From the sequence record OL964735.1: a DNA stretch of 64,000 nucleotides; one strand, 5' to 3'. The notes below the pieces were generated by a model, which had not been told where the DNA came from, did no database searches, and worked only from the letters and a program-made list of their open reading frames with translations. Shown here one piece after another: positions 43,063-54,744 of this stretch (positions are counted from its first letter, which is position 1; each line of letters starts with the position of its first letter). The DNA comes from Escherichia phage T4. The translations under genes and the position numbers were made by a program.

Positions 43063-43397
43063 AGTAGAAAATCTAATGTATTAGTTTTTTCACAACGAAC
43101 AACAGAAGGACGTAAAAGATTTTCGTCAATAGCTTCTGACTGAATTTTTTCAATTATACCCGAAGGAATAAATTTAGCAAATTGAGTTTCAGGAATAGAA
43201 TTTTCTTCTAAGAATGCTGTTGTAGCTTCAAGATAACTCATTCCAAACTCTTCTACCATTTTTTCAATAATAAATCCATTTTCTTGGCGGTCAAGAAGCT
43301 TTGCTATTTCATCCTTTTCTTTCTTAATTGAAAGTTCTTTTTCTGAAAGACCGGTCTCATCGACCGGACGAATATCATTTAGAGAAAACTGTGTCAT
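43059..43397 (-). CDS. 33: Late transcription co-activator gp33
   Basis: ORF is 115 aa from the first Met; start set at MTQFSLN to give 112 aa; position. Confidence 0.8.
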   Translation of the reverse strand: MTQFSLNDIRPVDETGLSEKELSIKKEKDEIAKLLDRQENGFIIEKMVEEFGMSYLEATTAFLEENSIPETQFAKFIPSGIIEKIQSEAIDENLLRPSVVRCEKTNTLDFLL

Positions 43398-43644
43398 AAA
43401 GTTCAACTACCTCTTCAGTTTCAGCTTCAAACACATCACGGTTATCTTTATGATACAAAGCTAATAGACGATTAAACATCTTACCATCAACGCCAAGTTC
43501 ATCTTTAGCACGAATTCGAATATCTTTAATCAGTTCATTATAACCGGAAATTTTCAGTTTATGATCAGATGCTTCTTTAATAAATTTAGCCAAGTCTTCG
43601 CCATGGATAGCTTCATCAAATTCAACCATTTCTTTTTTAGCCAT
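43375..43644 (-). CDS. dsbA: DsbA double-stranded DNA-binding protein
   Basis: 89-aa ORF (T4 DsbA is 89 aa); 3' end overlaps the gene 33 start. Confidence 0.8.
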   Translation of the reverse strand: MAKKEMVEFDEAIHGEDLAKFIKEASDHKLKISGYNELIKDIRIRAKDELGVDGKMFNRLLALYHKDNRDVFEAETEEVVELYDTVFSK

Positions 43645-43652
43645 TATTCACC

Positions 43653-44570
43653 TCAAAATTCATTAATGCTATTAGTTAATTTAGAAAGACCCGCTTTTAC
43701 AAAATATGAATAAATTTTGCCACGCGGTGGTAATTTATATGAATTATAGTAATTCACAATGTTTGAAGCAATATTATCAGGAATATAATCAAAATCAATT
43801 AGAACTAAATTTTCTTTATAACGATTATATTCAGATTCAGTGAGAAGCACCTTAGCTTGCTCACGGTCATTAGCAATAGCTTCAACGATTGAAGTTTTCA
43901 TTGAAGGAGTTCGTTCACCTTCAACTCTGGTAAACCAAAAGTCAGATCGTACTTTAACTGAAGCAACGTTATCCTTTTTGTCGCCTTTAAGGATTTTAGT
44001 CATACAGTCAATTTCAGCAGAACCGCTTTTAATTTTAACCCATTTCTTATGCATCGGAGACCATTGCTTAACATTTGGATATTTGTGAAGCTGAGTAAAG
44101 TCACCATCTGACGAAATGATTAAAATCTTATGTCCTTCTAAAGAGAACTTTTTAACAAGAACAGCAATGTGGTCATCTGCTTCATACTTATCAATATCCA
44201 TAACAATGTATGGCATATAAGCTTTCAATTCATCTATAACTTTATGGCTGGATTCAAAATAACCTTCCCAGTCCCAAGTAGATTCTTCTCGTGCTTTTCC
44301 ACGGTTTTTCTTATAATAATAAGCGAAATCACGACGCCAATATCCAGATTTCGCGTTATCAATACACAGTACAATTTTAGTGTATCCAAGCGTTTTTGCT
44401 TTTTTGACATTAAACTTAATTGAGTTCAATATCAAATGACGAACCATTGATAAATTAATTTTTTCTTTATCTGGGAAGTTTACCAAAGCAGTTGAAAGCG
44501 CAATTTGACTAAAGTCAATTAAGCAGATTCCTTCTTTGTAATCTTCATCCAACATCATTTCTAAATCCAT
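43653..44570 (-). CDS. rnh: RNase H (5'-3' exonuclease / flap endonuclease)
   Basis: ORF is 310 aa from the first Met; start set at MDLEMML to give 305 aa. Confidence 0.9.
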   Translation of the reverse strand: MDLEMMLDEDYKEGICLIDFSQIALSTALVNFPDKEKINLSMVRHLILNSIKFNVKKAKTLGYTKIVLCIDNAKSGYWRRDFAYYYKKNRGKAREESTWDWEGYFESSHKVIDELKAYMPYIVMDIDKYEADDHIAVLVKKFSLEGHKILIISSDGDFTQLHKYPNVKQWSPMHKKWVKIKSGSAEIDCMTKILKGDKKDNVASVKVRSDFWFTRVEGERTPSMKTSIVEAIANDREQAKVLLTESEYNRYKENLVLIDFDYIPDNIASNIVNYYNSYKLPPRGKIYSYFVKAGLSKLTNSINEF

Positions 44571-44632
44571 ATGAACCTCGTTCAATTAGTGAGATTTCTA
44601 TTATATACCATCCAAATCTTAAAGTAAACAAG

Positions 44633-44640
44633 TATAAATA
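44633..44640 (+). promoter_or_regulatory. Late promoter (TATAAATA) for gene 34
   Basis: Exact TATAAATA 35 nt upstream of the gene 34 ATG. Confidence 0.6.
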
Positions 44641-44674
44641 CTTATTATTGAAAACACAATAGGAGCCCGGGAGA

Positions 44675-47600
44675 ATGGCCGAGATTAAAAGAAAGTTCAG
44701 AGCAGAAGATGGTCTGGACGCAGGTGGTGATAAAATAATCAACGTAGCTTTAGCTGATCGTACCGTAGGAACTGACGGTGTTAACGTTGATTACTTAATT
44801 CAAGAAAACACAGTTCAACAGTATGATCCAACTCGTGGATATTTAAAAGATTTTGTAATCATTTATGATAACCGCTTTTGGGCTGCTATAAATGATATTC
44901 CAAAACCAGCAGGAGCTTTTAATAGCGGACGCTGGAGAGCATTACGTACCGATGCTAACTGGATTACGGTTTCATCTGGTTCATATCAATTAAAATCTGG
45001 TGAAGCAATTTCGGTTAACACCGCAGCTGGAAATGACATCACGTTTACTTTACCATCTTCTCCAATTGATGGTGATACTATCGTTCTCCAAGATATTGGA
45101 GGAAAACCTGGAGTTAACCAAGTTTTAATTGTAGCTCCAGTACAAAGTATTGTAAACTTTAGAGGTGAACAGGTACGTTCAGTACTAATGACTCATCCAA
45201 AGTCACAGCTAGTTTTAATTTTTAGTAATCGTCTGTGGCAAATGTATGTTGCTGATTATAGTAGAGAAGCTATAGTTGTAACACCAGCGAATACTTATCA
45301 AGCGCAATCCAACGATTTTATCGTACGTAGATTTACTTCTGCTGCACCAATTAATGTCAAACTTCCAAGATTTGCTAATCATGGCGATATTATTAATTTC
45401 GTCGATTTAGATAAACTAAATCCGCTTTATCATACAATTGTTACTACATACGATGAAACGACTTCAGTACAAGAAGTTGGAACTCATTCCATTGAAGGCC
45501 GTACATCGATTGACGGTTTCTTGATGTTTGATGATAATGAGAAATTATGGAGACTGTTTGACGGGGATAGTAAAGCGCGTTTACGTATCATAACGACTAA
45601 TTCAAACATTCGTCCAAATGAAGAAGTTATGGTATTTGGTGCGAATAACGGAACAACTCAAACAATTGAGCTTAAGCTTCCAACTAATATTTCTGTTGGT
45701 GATACTGTTAAAATTTCCATGAATTACATGAGAAAAGGACAAACAGTTAAAATCAAAGCTGCTGATGAAGATAAAATTGCTTCTTCAGTTCAATTGCTGC
45801 AATTCCCAAAACGCTCAGAATATCCACCTGAAGCTGAATGGGTTACAGTTCAAGAATTAGTTTTTAACGGTGAAACTAATTATGTTCCAGTTTTGGAGCT
45901 TGCTTACATAGAAGATTCTGATGGAAAATATTGGGTTGTACAGCAAAACGTTCCAACTGTAGAAAGAGTAGATTCTTTAAATGATTCTACTAGAGCAAGA
46001 TTAGGCGTAATTGCTTTAGCTACACAAGCTCAAGCTAATGTCGATTTAGAAAATTCTCCACAAAAAGAATTAGCAATTACTCCAGAAACGTTAGCTAATC
46101 GTACTGCTACAGAAACTCGCAGAGGTATTGCAAGAATAGCAACTACTGCTCAAGTGAATCAGAACACCACATTCTCTTTTGCTGATGATATTATCATCAC
46201 TCCTAAAAAGCTGAATGAAAGAACTGCTACAGAAACTCGTAGAGGTGTCGCAGAAATTGCTACGCAGCAAGAAACTAATGCAGGAACCGATGATACTACA
46301 ATCATCACTCCTAAAAAGCTTCAAGCTCGTCAAGGTTCTGAATCATTATCTGGTATTGTAACCTTTGTATCTACTGCAGGTGCTACTCCAGCTTCTAGCC
46401 GTGAATTAAATGGTACGAATGTTTATAATAAAAACACTGATAATTTAGTTGTTTCACCTAAAGCTTTGGATCAGTATAAAGCTACTCCAACACAGCAAGG
46501 TGCAGTAATTTTAGCAGTTGAAAGTGAAGTAATTGCTGGACAAAGTCAGCAAGGATGGGCAAATGCTGTTGTAACGCCAGAAACGTTACATAAAAAGACA
46601 TCAACTGATGGAAGAATTGGTTTAATTGAAATTGCTACGCAAAGTGAAGTTAATACAGGAACTGATTATACTCGTGCAGTCACTCCTAAAACTTTAAATG
46701 ACCGTAGAGCAACTGAAAGTTTAAGTGGTATAGCTGAAATTGCTACACAAGTTGAATTCGACGCAGGCGTCGACGATACTCGTATCTCTACACCATTAAA
46801 AATTAAAACCAGATTTAATAGTACTGATCGTACTTCTGTTGTTGCTCTATCTGGATTAGTTGAATCAGGAACTCTCTGGGACCATTATACACTTAATATT
46901 CTTGAAGCAAATGAGACACAACGTGGTACACTTCGTGTAGCTACGCAGGTCGAAGCTGCTGCGGGAACATTAGATAATGTTTTAATAACTCCTAAAAAGC
47001 TTTTAGGTACTAAATCTACTGAAGCGCAAGAGGGTGTTATTAAAGTTGCAACTCAGTCTGAAACTGTGACTGGAACGTCAGCAAATACTGCTGTATCTCC
47101 AAAAAATTTAAAATGGATTGCGCAGAGTGAACCTACTTGGGCAGCTACTACTGCAATAAGAGGTTTTGTTAAAACTTCATCTGGTTCAATTACATTCGTT
47201 GGTAATGATACAGTCGGTTCTACCCAAGATTTAGAACTGTATGAGAAAAATAGCTATGCGGTATCACCATATGAATTAAACCGTGTATTAGCAAATTATT
47301 TGCCACTAAAAGCAAAAGCTGCTGATACAAATTTATTGGATGGTCTAGATTCATCTCAGTTCATTCGTAGGGATATTGCACAGACGGTTAATGGTTCACT
47401 AACCTTAACCCAACAAACGAATCTGAGTGCCCCTCTTGTATCATCTAGTACTGGTGAATTTGGTGGTTCATTGGCCGCTAATAGAACATTTACCATCCGT
47501 AATACAGGAGCCCCGACTAGTATCGTTTTCGAAAAAGGTCCTGCATCCGGGGCAAATCCTGCACAGTCAATGAGTATTCGTGTATGGGGTAACCAATTTG

Positions 47601-48544
47601 GCGGCGGTAGTGATACGACCCGTTCGACAGTGTTTGAAGTTGGCGATGACACATCTCATCACTTTTATTCTCAACGTAATAAAGACGGTAATATAGCGTT
47701 TAACATTAATGGTACTGTAATGCCAATAAACATTAATGCTTCCGGTTTGATGAATGTGAATGGCACTGCAACATTCGGTCGTTCAGTTACAGCCAATGGT
47801 GAATTCATCAGCAAGTCTGCAAATGCTTTTAGAGCAATAAACGGTGATTACGGATTCTTTATTCGTAATGATGCCTCTAATACCTATTTTTTGCTCACTG
47901 CAGCCGGTGATCAGACTGGTGGTTTTAATGGATTACGCCCATTATTAATTAATAATCAATCCGGTCAGATTACAATTGGTGAAGGCTTAATCATTGCCAA
48001 AGGTGTTACTATAAATTCAGGCGGTTTAACTGTTAACTCGAGAATTCGTTCTCAGGGTACTAAAACATCTGATTTATATACCCGTGCGCCAACATCTGAT
48101 ACTGTAGGATTCTGGTCAATCGATATTAATGATTCAGCCACTTATAACCAGTTCCCGGGTTATTTTAAAATGGTTGAAAAAACTAATGAAGTGACTGGGC
48201 TTCCATACTTAGAACGTGGCGAAGAAGTTAAATCTCCTGGTACACTGACTCAGTTTGGTAACACACTTGATTCGCTTTACCAAGATTGGATTACTTATCC
48301 AACGACGCCAGAAGCGCGTACCACTCGCTGGACACGTACATGGCAGAAAACCAAAAACTCTTGGTCAAGTTTTGTTCAGGTATTTGACGGAGGTAACCCT
48401 CCTCAACCATCTGATATCGGTGCTTTACCATCTGATAATGCTACAATGGGGAATCTTACTATTCGTGATTTCTTGCGAATTGGTAATGTTCGCATTGTTC
48501 CTGACCCAGTGAATAAAACGGTTAAATTTGAATGGGTTGAATAA
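44675..48544 (+). CDS. 34: Long tail fibre proximal subunit gp34
   Basis: 1289-aa ORF (T4 gp34 is 1289 aa); internal repeats of the T(A/S)TE(T/S)RRG(I/V)A.IAT...TPKKL type. Confidence 0.95.
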   Translation: MAEIKRKFRAEDGLDAGGDKIINVALADRTVGTDGVNVDYLIQENTVQQYDPTRGYLKDFVIIYDNRFWAAINDIPKPAGAFNSGRWRALRTDANWITVSSGSYQLKSGEAISVNTAAGNDITFTLPSSPIDGDTIVLQDIGGKPGVNQVLIVAPVQSIVNFRGEQVRSVLMTHPKSQLVLIFSNRLWQMYVADYSREAIVVTPANTYQAQSNDFIVRRFTSAAPINVKLPRFANHGDIINFVDLDKLNPLYHTIVTTYDETTSVQEVGTHSIEGRTSIDGFLMFDDNEKLWRLFDGDSKARLRIITTNSNIRPNEEVMVFGANNGTTQTIELKLPTNISVGDTVKISMNYMRKGQTVKIKAADEDKIASSVQLLQFPKRSEYPPEAEWVTVQELVFNGETNYVPVLELAYIEDSDGKYWVVQQNVPTVERVDSLNDSTRARLGVIALATQAQANVDLENSPQKELAITPETLANRTATETRRGIARIATTAQVNQNTTFSFADDIIITPKKLNERTATETRRGVAEIATQQETNAGTDDTTIITPKKLQARQGSESLSGIVTFVSTAGATPASSRELNGTNVYNKNTDNLVVSPKALDQYKATPTQQGAVILAVESEVIAGQSQQGWANAVVTPETLHKKTSTDGRIGLIEIATQSEVNTGTDYTRAVTPKTLNDRRATESLSGIAEIATQVEFDAGVDDTRISTPLKIKTRFNSTDRTSVVALSGLVESGTLWDHYTLNILEANETQRGTLRVATQVEAAAGTLDNVLITPKKLLGTKSTEAQEGVIKVATQSETVTGTSANTAVSPKNLKWIAQSEPTWAATTAIRGFVKTSSGSITFVGNDTVGSTQDLELYEKNSYAVSPYELNRVLANYLPLKAKAADTNLLDGLDSSQFIRRDIAQTVNGSLTLTQQTNLSAPLVSSSTGEFGGSLAANRTFTIRNTGAPTSIVFEKGPASGANPAQSMSIRVWGNQFGGGSDTTRSTVFEVGDDTSHHFYSQRNKDGNIAFNINGTVMPININASGLMNVNGTATFGRSVTANGEFISKSANAFRAINGDYGFFIRNDASNTYFLLTAAGDQTGGFNGLRPLLINNQSGQITIGEGLIIAKGVTINSGGLTVNSRIRSQGTKTSDLYTRAPTSDTVGFWSIDINDSATYNQFPGYFKMVEKTNEVTGLPYLERGEEVKSPGTLTQFGNTLDSLYQDWITYPTTPEARTTRWTRTWQKTKNSWSSFVQVFDGGNPPQPSDIGALPSDNATMGNLTIRDFLRIGNVRIVPDPVNKTVKFEWVE

Positions 48545-48552
48545 GAGGTATT

Positions 48553-49671
48553 ATGGAAAAATTTATGGCAGAGTTTGGACAAGGATATGTCCAAACGCCA
48601 TTTTTATCGGAAAGTAATTCAGTAAGATATAAAATAAGTATAGCGGGTTCTTGCCCGCTTTCTACAGCAGGACCATCATATGTTAAATTTCAGGATAATC
48701 CTGTAGGAAGTCAAACATTTAGCGCAGGCCTTCATTTAAGAGTTTTTGACCCTTCCACCGGAGCATTAGTTGATAGTAAGTCATATGCTTTTTCGACTTC
48801 AAATGATACTACATCAGCTGCTTTTGTTAGTTTCATGAATTCTTTGACGAATAATCGAATTGTTGCTATATTAACTAGTGGAAAGGTTAATTTTCCTCCT
48901 GAAGTAGTATCTTGGTTAAGAACCGCCGGAACGTCTGCCTTTCCATCTGATTCTATATTGTCAAGATTTGACGTATCATATGCTGCTTTTTATACTTCTT
49001 CTAAAAGAGCTATCGCATTAGAGCATGTTAAACTGAGTAATAGAAAAAGCACAGATGATTATCAAACTATTTTAGATGTTGTATTTGACAGTTTAGAAGA
49101 TGTAGGAGCTACCGGGTTTCCAAGAAGAACGTATGAAAGTGTTGAGCAATTCATGTCGGCAGTTGGTGGAACTAATAACGAAATTGCGAGATTGCCAACT
49201 TCAGCTGCTATAAGTAAATTATCTGATTATAATTTAATTCCTGGAGATGTTCTTTATCTTAAAGCTCAGTTATATGCTGATGCTGATTTACTTGCTCTTG
49301 GAACTACAAATATATCTATCCGTTTTTATAATGCATCTAACGGATATATTTCTTCAACACAAGCTGAATTTACTGGGCAAGCTGGGTCATGGGAATTAAA
49401 GGAAGATTATGTAGTTGTTCCAGAAAACGCAGTAGGATTTACGATATACGCACAGAGAACTGCACAAGCTGGCCAAGGTGGCATGAGAAATTTAAGCTTT
49501 TCTGAAGTATCAAGAAATGGCGGCATTTCGAAACCTGCTGAATTTGGCGTCAATGGTATTCGTGTTAATTATATCTGCGAATCCGCTTCACCTCCGGATA
49601 TAATGGTACTTCCTACGCAAGCATCGTCTAAAACTGGTAAAGTGTTTGGGCAAGAATTTAGAGAAGTTTAA
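48553..49671 (+). CDS. 35: Long tail fibre hinge connector gp35
   Basis: 372-aa ORF (T4 gp35 is 372 aa). Confidence 0.9.
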   Translation: MEKFMAEFGQGYVQTPFLSESNSVRYKISIAGSCPLSTAGPSYVKFQDNPVGSQTFSAGLHLRVFDPSTGALVDSKSYAFSTSNDTTSAAFVSFMNSLTNNRIVAILTSGKVNFPPEVVSWLRTAGTSAFPSDSILSRFDVSYAAFYTSSKRAIALEHVKLSNRKSTDDYQTILDVVFDSLEDVGATGFPRRTYESVEQFMSAVGGTNNEIARLPTSAAISKLSDYNLIPGDVLYLKAQLYADADLLALGTTNISIRFYNASNGYISSTQAEFTGQAGSWELKEDYVVVPENAVGFTIYAQRTAQAGQGGMRNLSFSEVSRNGGISKPAEFGVNGIRVNYICESASPPDIMVLPTQASSKTGKVFGQEFREV

Positions 49672-49676
49672 ATTGA

Positions 49677-49700
49677 GGGAGCCTTCGGGTTCCCTTTTTC
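49677..49700 (+). terminator. Hairpin terminator after gene 35
   Basis: gggagcc-ttcg-ggttccc followed by TTTTTC. Confidence 0.55.
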
Positions 49701-49702
49701 TT

Positions 49703-49710
49703 TATAAATA
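49703..49710 (+). promoter_or_regulatory. Late promoter (TATAAATA) for gene 36
   Basis: Exact TATAAATA 24 nt upstream of the gene 36 ATG. Confidence 0.6.
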
Positions 49711-49733
49711 CTATTAAAATAAAGGGGCATACA

Positions 49734-50399
49734 ATGGCTGATTTAAAAGTAGGTTCAACAACTGGAGGCTCTGTCATTTGGCATCAAGGAAATTTTCCAT
49801 TGAATCCAGCCGGTGACGATGTACTCTATAAATCATTTAAAATATATTCAGAATATAACAAACCACAAGCTGCTGATAACGATTTCGTTTCTAAAGCTAA
49901 TGGTGGTACTTATGCATCAAAGGTAACATTTAACGCTGGCATTCAAGTCCCATATGCTCCAAACATCATGAGCCCATGCGGGATTTATGGGGGTAACGGT
50001 GATGGTGCTACTTTTGATAAAGCAAATATCGATATTGTTTCATGGTATGGCGTAGGATTTAAATCGTCATTTGGTTCAACAGGCCGAACTGTTGTAATTA
50101 ATACACGCAATGGTGATATTAACACAAAAGGTGTTGTGTCGGCAGCTGGTCAAGTAAGAAGTGGTGCGGCTGCTCCTATAGCAGCGAATGACCTTACTAG
50201 AAAGGACTATGTTGATGGAGCAATAAATACTGTTACTGCAAATGCAAACTCTAGGGTGCTACGGTCTGGTGACACCATGACAGGTAATTTAACAGCGCCA
50301 AACTTTTTCTCGCAGAATCCTGCATCTCAACCCTCACACGTTCCACGATTTGACCAAATCGTAATTAAGGATTCTGTTCAAGATTTCGGCTATTATTAA
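49734..50399 (+). CDS. 36: Long tail fibre distal connector gp36
   Basis: 221-aa ORF (T4 gp36 is 221 aa). Confidence 0.9.
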   Translation: MADLKVGSTTGGSVIWHQGNFPLNPAGDDVLYKSFKIYSEYNKPQAADNDFVSKANGGTYASKVTFNAGIQVPYAPNIMSPCGIYGGNGDGATFDKANIDIVSWYGVGFKSSFGSTGRTVVINTRNGDINTKGVVSAAGQVRSGAAAPIAANDLTRKDYVDGAINTVTANANSRVLRSGDTMTGNLTAPNFFSQNPASQPSHVPRFDQIVIKDSVQDFGYY

Positions 50400-50407
50400 G
50401 AGGACTT

Positions 50408-53400
50408 ATGGCTACTTTAAAACAAATACAATTTAAAAGAAGCAAAATCGCAGGAACACGTCCTGCTGCTTCAGTATTAGCCGAAGGTGAATTGGCTATA
50501 AACTTAAAAGATAGAACAATTTTTACTAAAGATGATTCAGGAAATATCATCGATCTAGGTTTTGCTAAAGGCGGGCAAGTTGATGGCAACGTTACTATTA
50601 ACGGACTTTTGAGATTAAATGGCGATTATGTACAAACAGGTGGAATGACTGTAAACGGACCCATTGGTTCTACTGATGGCGTCACTGCAAAAATTTTCAG
50701 ATCTACACAGGGTTCATTTTATGCAAGAGCAACAAACGATACTTCAAATGCCCATTTATGGTTTGAAAATGCCGATGGCACTGAACGTGGCGTTATATAT
50801 GCTCGCCCTCAAACTACAACTGACGGTGAAATACGCCTTAGGGTTAGACAAGGAACAGGAAGCACTGCCAACAGTGAATTCTATTTCCGCTCTATAAATG
50901 GAGGCGAATTTCAGGCTAACCGTATTTTAGCATCAGATTCGTTAGTAACAAAACGCATTGCGGTTGATACCGTTATTCATGATGCCAAAGCATTTGGACA
51001 ATATGATTCTCACTCTTTGGTTAATTATGTTTATCCTGGAACCGGTGAAACAAATGGTGTAAACTATCTTCGTAAAGTTCGCGCTAAGTCCGGTGGTACA
51101 ATTTATCATGAAATTGTTACTGCACAAACAGGCCTGGCTGATGAAGTTTCTTGGTGGTCTGGTGATACACCAGTATTTAAACTATACGGTATTCGTGACG
51201 ATGGCAGAATGATTATCCGTAATAGCCTTGCATTAGGTACATTCACTACAAATTTCCCGTCTAGTGATTATGGCAACGTCGGTGTAATGGGCGATAAGTA
51301 TCTTGTTCTCGGCGACACTGTAACTGGCTTGTCATACAAAAAAACTGGTGTATTTGATCTAGTTGGCGGTGGATATTCTGTTGCTTCTATTACTCCTGAC
51401 AGTTTCCGTAGTACTCGTAAAGGTATATTTGGTCGTTCTGAGGACCAAGGCGCAACTTGGATAATGCCTGGTACAAATGCTGCTCTCTTGTCTGTTCAAA
51501 CACAAGCTGATAATAACAATGCTGGAGACGGACAAACCCATATCGGGTACAATGCTGGCGGTAAAATGAACCACTATTTCCGTGGTACAGGTCAGATGAA
51601 TATCAATACCCAACAAGGTATGGAAATTAACCCGGGTATTTTGAAATTGGTAACTGGCTCTAATAATGTACAATTTTACGCTGACGGAACTATTTCTTCC
51701 ATTCAACCTATTAAATTAGATAACGAGATATTTTTAACTAAATCTAATAATACTGCGGGTCTTAAATTTGGAGCTCCTAGCCAAGTTGATGGCACAAGGA
51801 CTATCCAATGGAACGGTGGTACTCGCGAAGGACAGAATAAAAACTATGTGATTATTAAAGCATGGGGTAACTCATTTAATGCCACTGGTGATAGATCTCG
51901 CGAAACGGTTTTCCAAGTATCAGATAGTCAAGGATATTATTTTTATGCTCATCGTAAAGCTCCAACCGGCGACGAAACTATTGGACGTATTGAAGCTCAA
52001 TTTGCTGGGGATGTTTATGCTAAAGGTATTATTGCCAACGGAAATTTTAGAGTTGTTGGATCAAGCGCTTTAGCCGGCAATGTTACTATGTCTAACGGTT
52101 TGTTTGTCCAAGGTGGTTCTTCTATTACTGGACAAGTTAAAATTGGCGGAACAGCAAACGCACTGAGAATTTGGAACGCTGAATATGGTGCTATTTTCCG
52201 TCGTTCGGAAAGTAACTTTTATATTATTCCAACCAATCAAAATGAAGGAGAAAGTGGAGACATTCACAGCTCTTTGAGACCTGTGAGAATAGGATTAAAC
52301 GATGGCATGGTTGGGTTAGGAAGAGATTCTTTTATAGTAGATCAAAATAATGCTTTAACTACGATAAACAGTAACTCTCGCATTAATGCCAACTTTAGAA
52401 TGCAATTGGGGCAGTCGGCATACATTGATGCAGAATGTACTGATGCTGTTCGCCCGGCGGGTGCAGGTTCATTTGCTTCCCAGAATAATGAAGACGTCCG
52501 TGCGCCGTTCTATATGAATATTGATAGAACTGATGCTAGTGCATATGTTCCTATTTTGAAACAACGTTATGTTCAAGGCAATGGCTGCTATTCATTAGGG
52601 ACTTTAATTAATAATGGTAATTTCCGAGTTCATTACCATGGCGGCGGAGATAACGGTTCTACAGGTCCACAGACTGCTGATTTTGGATGGGAATTTATTA
52701 AAAACGGTGATTTTATTTCACCTCGCGATTTAATAGCAGGCAAAGTCAGATTTGATAGAACTGGTAATATCACTGGTGGTTCTGGTAATTTTGCTAACTT
52801 AAACAGTACAATTGAATCACTTAAAACTGATATCATGTCGAGTTACCCAATTGGTGCTCCGATTCCTTGGCCGAGTGATTCAGTTCCTGCTGGATTTGCT
52901 TTGATGGAAGGTCAGACCTTTGATAAGTCCGCATATCCAAAGTTAGCTGTTGCATATCCTAGCGGTGTTATTCCAGATATGCGCGGGCAAACTATCAAGG
53001 GTAAACCAAGTGGTCGTGCTGTTTTGAGCGCTGAGGCAGATGGTGTTAAGGCTCATAGCCATAGTGCATCGGCTTCAAGTACTGACTTAGGTACTAAAAC
53101 CACATCAAGCTTTGACTATGGTACGAAGGGAACTAACAGTACGGGTGGACACACTCACTCTGGTAGTGGTTCTACTAGCACAAATGGTGAGCACAGCCAC
53201 TACATCGAGGCATGGAATGGTACTGGTGTAGGTGGTAATAAGATGTCATCATATGCCATATCATACAGGGCGGGTGGGAGTAACACTAATGCAGCAGGGA
53301 ACCACAGTCACACTTTCTCTTTTGGGACTAGCAGTGCTGGCGACCATTCCCACTCTGTAGGTATTGGTGCTCATACCCACACGGTAGCAATTGGATCACA

Positions 53401-53488
53401 TGGTCATACTATCACTGTAAATAGTACAGGTAATACAGAAAACACGGTTAAAAACATTGCTTTTAACTATATCGTTCGTTTAGCATAA
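50408..53488 (+). CDS. 37: Long tail fibre distal subunit / receptor-binding adhesin gp37
   Basis: 1026-aa ORF (T4 gp37 is 1026 aa); C-terminal His-box repeats (GGHTHSG, GEHSHY, GNHSHT, GDHSHS, GAHTHT, GSHGHT). Confidence 0.95.
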   Translation: MATLKQIQFKRSKIAGTRPAASVLAEGELAINLKDRTIFTKDDSGNIIDLGFAKGGQVDGNVTINGLLRLNGDYVQTGGMTVNGPIGSTDGVTAKIFRSTQGSFYARATNDTSNAHLWFENADGTERGVIYARPQTTTDGEIRLRVRQGTGSTANSEFYFRSINGGEFQANRILASDSLVTKRIAVDTVIHDAKAFGQYDSHSLVNYVYPGTGETNGVNYLRKVRAKSGGTIYHEIVTAQTGLADEVSWWSGDTPVFKLYGIRDDGRMIIRNSLALGTFTTNFPSSDYGNVGVMGDKYLVLGDTVTGLSYKKTGVFDLVGGGYSVASITPDSFRSTRKGIFGRSEDQGATWIMPGTNAALLSVQTQADNNNAGDGQTHIGYNAGGKMNHYFRGTGQMNINTQQGMEINPGILKLVTGSNNVQFYADGTISSIQPIKLDNEIFLTKSNNTAGLKFGAPSQVDGTRTIQWNGGTREGQNKNYVIIKAWGNSFNATGDRSRETVFQVSDSQGYYFYAHRKAPTGDETIGRIEAQFAGDVYAKGIIANGNFRVVGSSALAGNVTMSNGLFVQGGSSITGQVKIGGTANALRIWNAEYGAIFRRSESNFYIIPTNQNEGESGDIHSSLRPVRIGLNDGMVGLGRDSFIVDQNNALTTINSNSRINANFRMQLGQSAYIDAECTDAVRPAGAGSFASQNNEDVRAPFYMNIDRTDASAYVPILKQRYVQGNGCYSLGTLINNGNFRVHYHGGGDNGSTGPQTADFGWEFIKNGDFISPRDLIAGKVRFDRTGNITGGSGNFANLNSTIESLKTDIMSSYPIGAPIPWPSDSVPAGFALMEGQTFDKSAYPKLAVAYPSGVIPDMRGQTIKGKPSGRAVLSAEADGVKAHSHSASASSTDLGTKTTSSFDYGTKGTNSTGGHTHSGSGSTSTNGEHSHYIEAWNGTGVGGNKMSSYAISYRAGGSNTNAAGNHSHTFSFGTSSAGDHSHSVGIGAHTHTVAIGSHGHTITVNSTGNTENTVKNIAFNYIVRLA

Positions 53489-53492
53489 GGAG

Positions 53493-53508
53493 AGGGGCTT
53501 CGGCCCCT
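53493..53508 (+). terminator. Hairpin between genes 37 and 38
   Basis: aggggc-ttcg-gcccct stem-loop; may attenuate rather than fully terminate. Confidence 0.45.
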
Positions 53509-53515
53509 TCTAAAT

Positions 53516-54067
53516 ATGAAAATATATCATTATTATTTTGACACTAAAGAATTTTACAAAGAAGAAAATTACAAACCGGTTAAAGGCCTCGGTCTTCCTG
53601 CTCATTCAACAATTAAAAAACCTTTAGAACCTAAAGAAGGATACGCGGTTGTATTTGATGAACGTACTCAGGATTGGATTTATGAAGAAGACCATCGCGG
53701 AAAACGCGCATGGACTTTTAATAAAGAAGAAATTTTTATAAGTGACATTGGAAGCCCGGTTGGTATAACTTTCGATGAGCCCGGCGAATTTGATATATGG
53801 ACTGATGACGGTTGGAAAGAAGACGAAACATATAAGCGAGTTTTAATTCGTAATAGAAAAATTGAAGAATTATATAAAGAGTTCCAAGTTTTAAATAATA
53901 TGATTGAAGCTTCTGTCGCCAATAAAAAGGAAAAATTCTATTATAAAAACCTTAAGCGGTTCTTTGCTCTTTTAGAAAAGCATGAGCATTTAGGTGGTGA
54001 ATTCCCTTCATGGCCTGAAAAAGAACAGAAGCCTTGGTATAAGCGTTTATTCAAGCATTACGTATAA
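53516..54067 (+). CDS. 38: Tail fibre assembly chaperone gp38
   Basis: 183-aa ORF (T4 gp38 is 183 aa); immediately downstream of gene 37. Confidence 0.9.
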   Translation: MKIYHYYFDTKEFYKEENYKPVKGLGLPAHSTIKKPLEPKEGYAVVFDERTQDWIYEEDHRGKRAWTFNKEEIFISDIGSPVGITFDEPGEFDIWTDDGWKEDETYKRVLIRNRKIEELYKEFQVLNNMIEASVANKKEKFYYKNLKRFFALLEKHEHLGGEFPSWPEKEQKPWYKRLFKHYV

Positions 54068-54087
54068 ATATCTTAAAAGGAGGGTCT

Positions 54088-54744
54088 ATGGCAGCACCTA
54101 GAATATCATTTTCACCCTCTGATATTCTATTTGGTGTTCTAGATCGCTTGTTCAAAGATAACGCTACCGGGAAGGTTCTTGCTTCCCGGGTAGCTGTCGT
54201 AATTCTTTTGTTTATAATGGCGATTGTTTGGTATAGGGGAGATAGTTTCTTTGAGTACTATAAGCAATCAAAGTATGAAACATACAGTGAAAATATTGAA
54301 AAGGAAAGAACTGCACGCTTTGAATCTGTCGCCCTGGAACAACTCCAGATAGTTCATATATCATCTGAGGCAGACTTTAGTGCGGTGTATTCTTTCCGCC
54401 CTAAAAACTTAAACTATTTTGTTGATATTATAGCATACGAAGGAAAATTACCTTCAACAATAAGTGAAAAATCACTTGGAGGATATCCTGTTGATAAAAC
54501 TATGGATGAATATACAGTTCATTTAAATGGACGTCATTATTATTCCAACTCAAAATTTGCTTTTTTACCAACTAAAAAGCCTACTCCCGAAATAAACTAC
54601 ATGTACAGTTGTCCATATTTTAATTTGGATAATATCTATGCTGGAACGATAACCATGTACTGGTATAGAAATGATCATATAAGTAATGACCGCCTTGAAT
54701 CAATATGTGCTCAGGCGGCCAGAATATTAGGAAGGGCTAAATAA
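54088..54744 (+). CDS. t: Holin T
   Basis: 218-aa ORF (T4 holin is 218 aa); single N-terminal TM helix (VAVVILLFIMAIVWY) and large periplasmic domain. Confidence 0.9.
   Translation: MAAPRISFSPSDILFGVLDRLFKDNATGKVLASRVAVVILLFIMAIVWYRGDSFFEYYKQSKYETYSENIEKERTARFESVALEQLQIVHISSEADFSAVYSFRPKNLNYFVDIIAYEGKLPSTISEKSLGGYPVDKTMDEYTVHLNGRHYYSNSKFAFLPTKKPTPEINYMYSCPYFNLDNIYAGTITMYWYRNDHISNDRLESICAQAARILGRAK

Noticed and set aside
45960-47100. Tandem nucleotide repeats in gene 34 that could be mistaken for a CRISPR-like or satellite array
   Set aside because: The repeats are in frame, encode a protein motif, and have variable unit lengths with no unique spacers.
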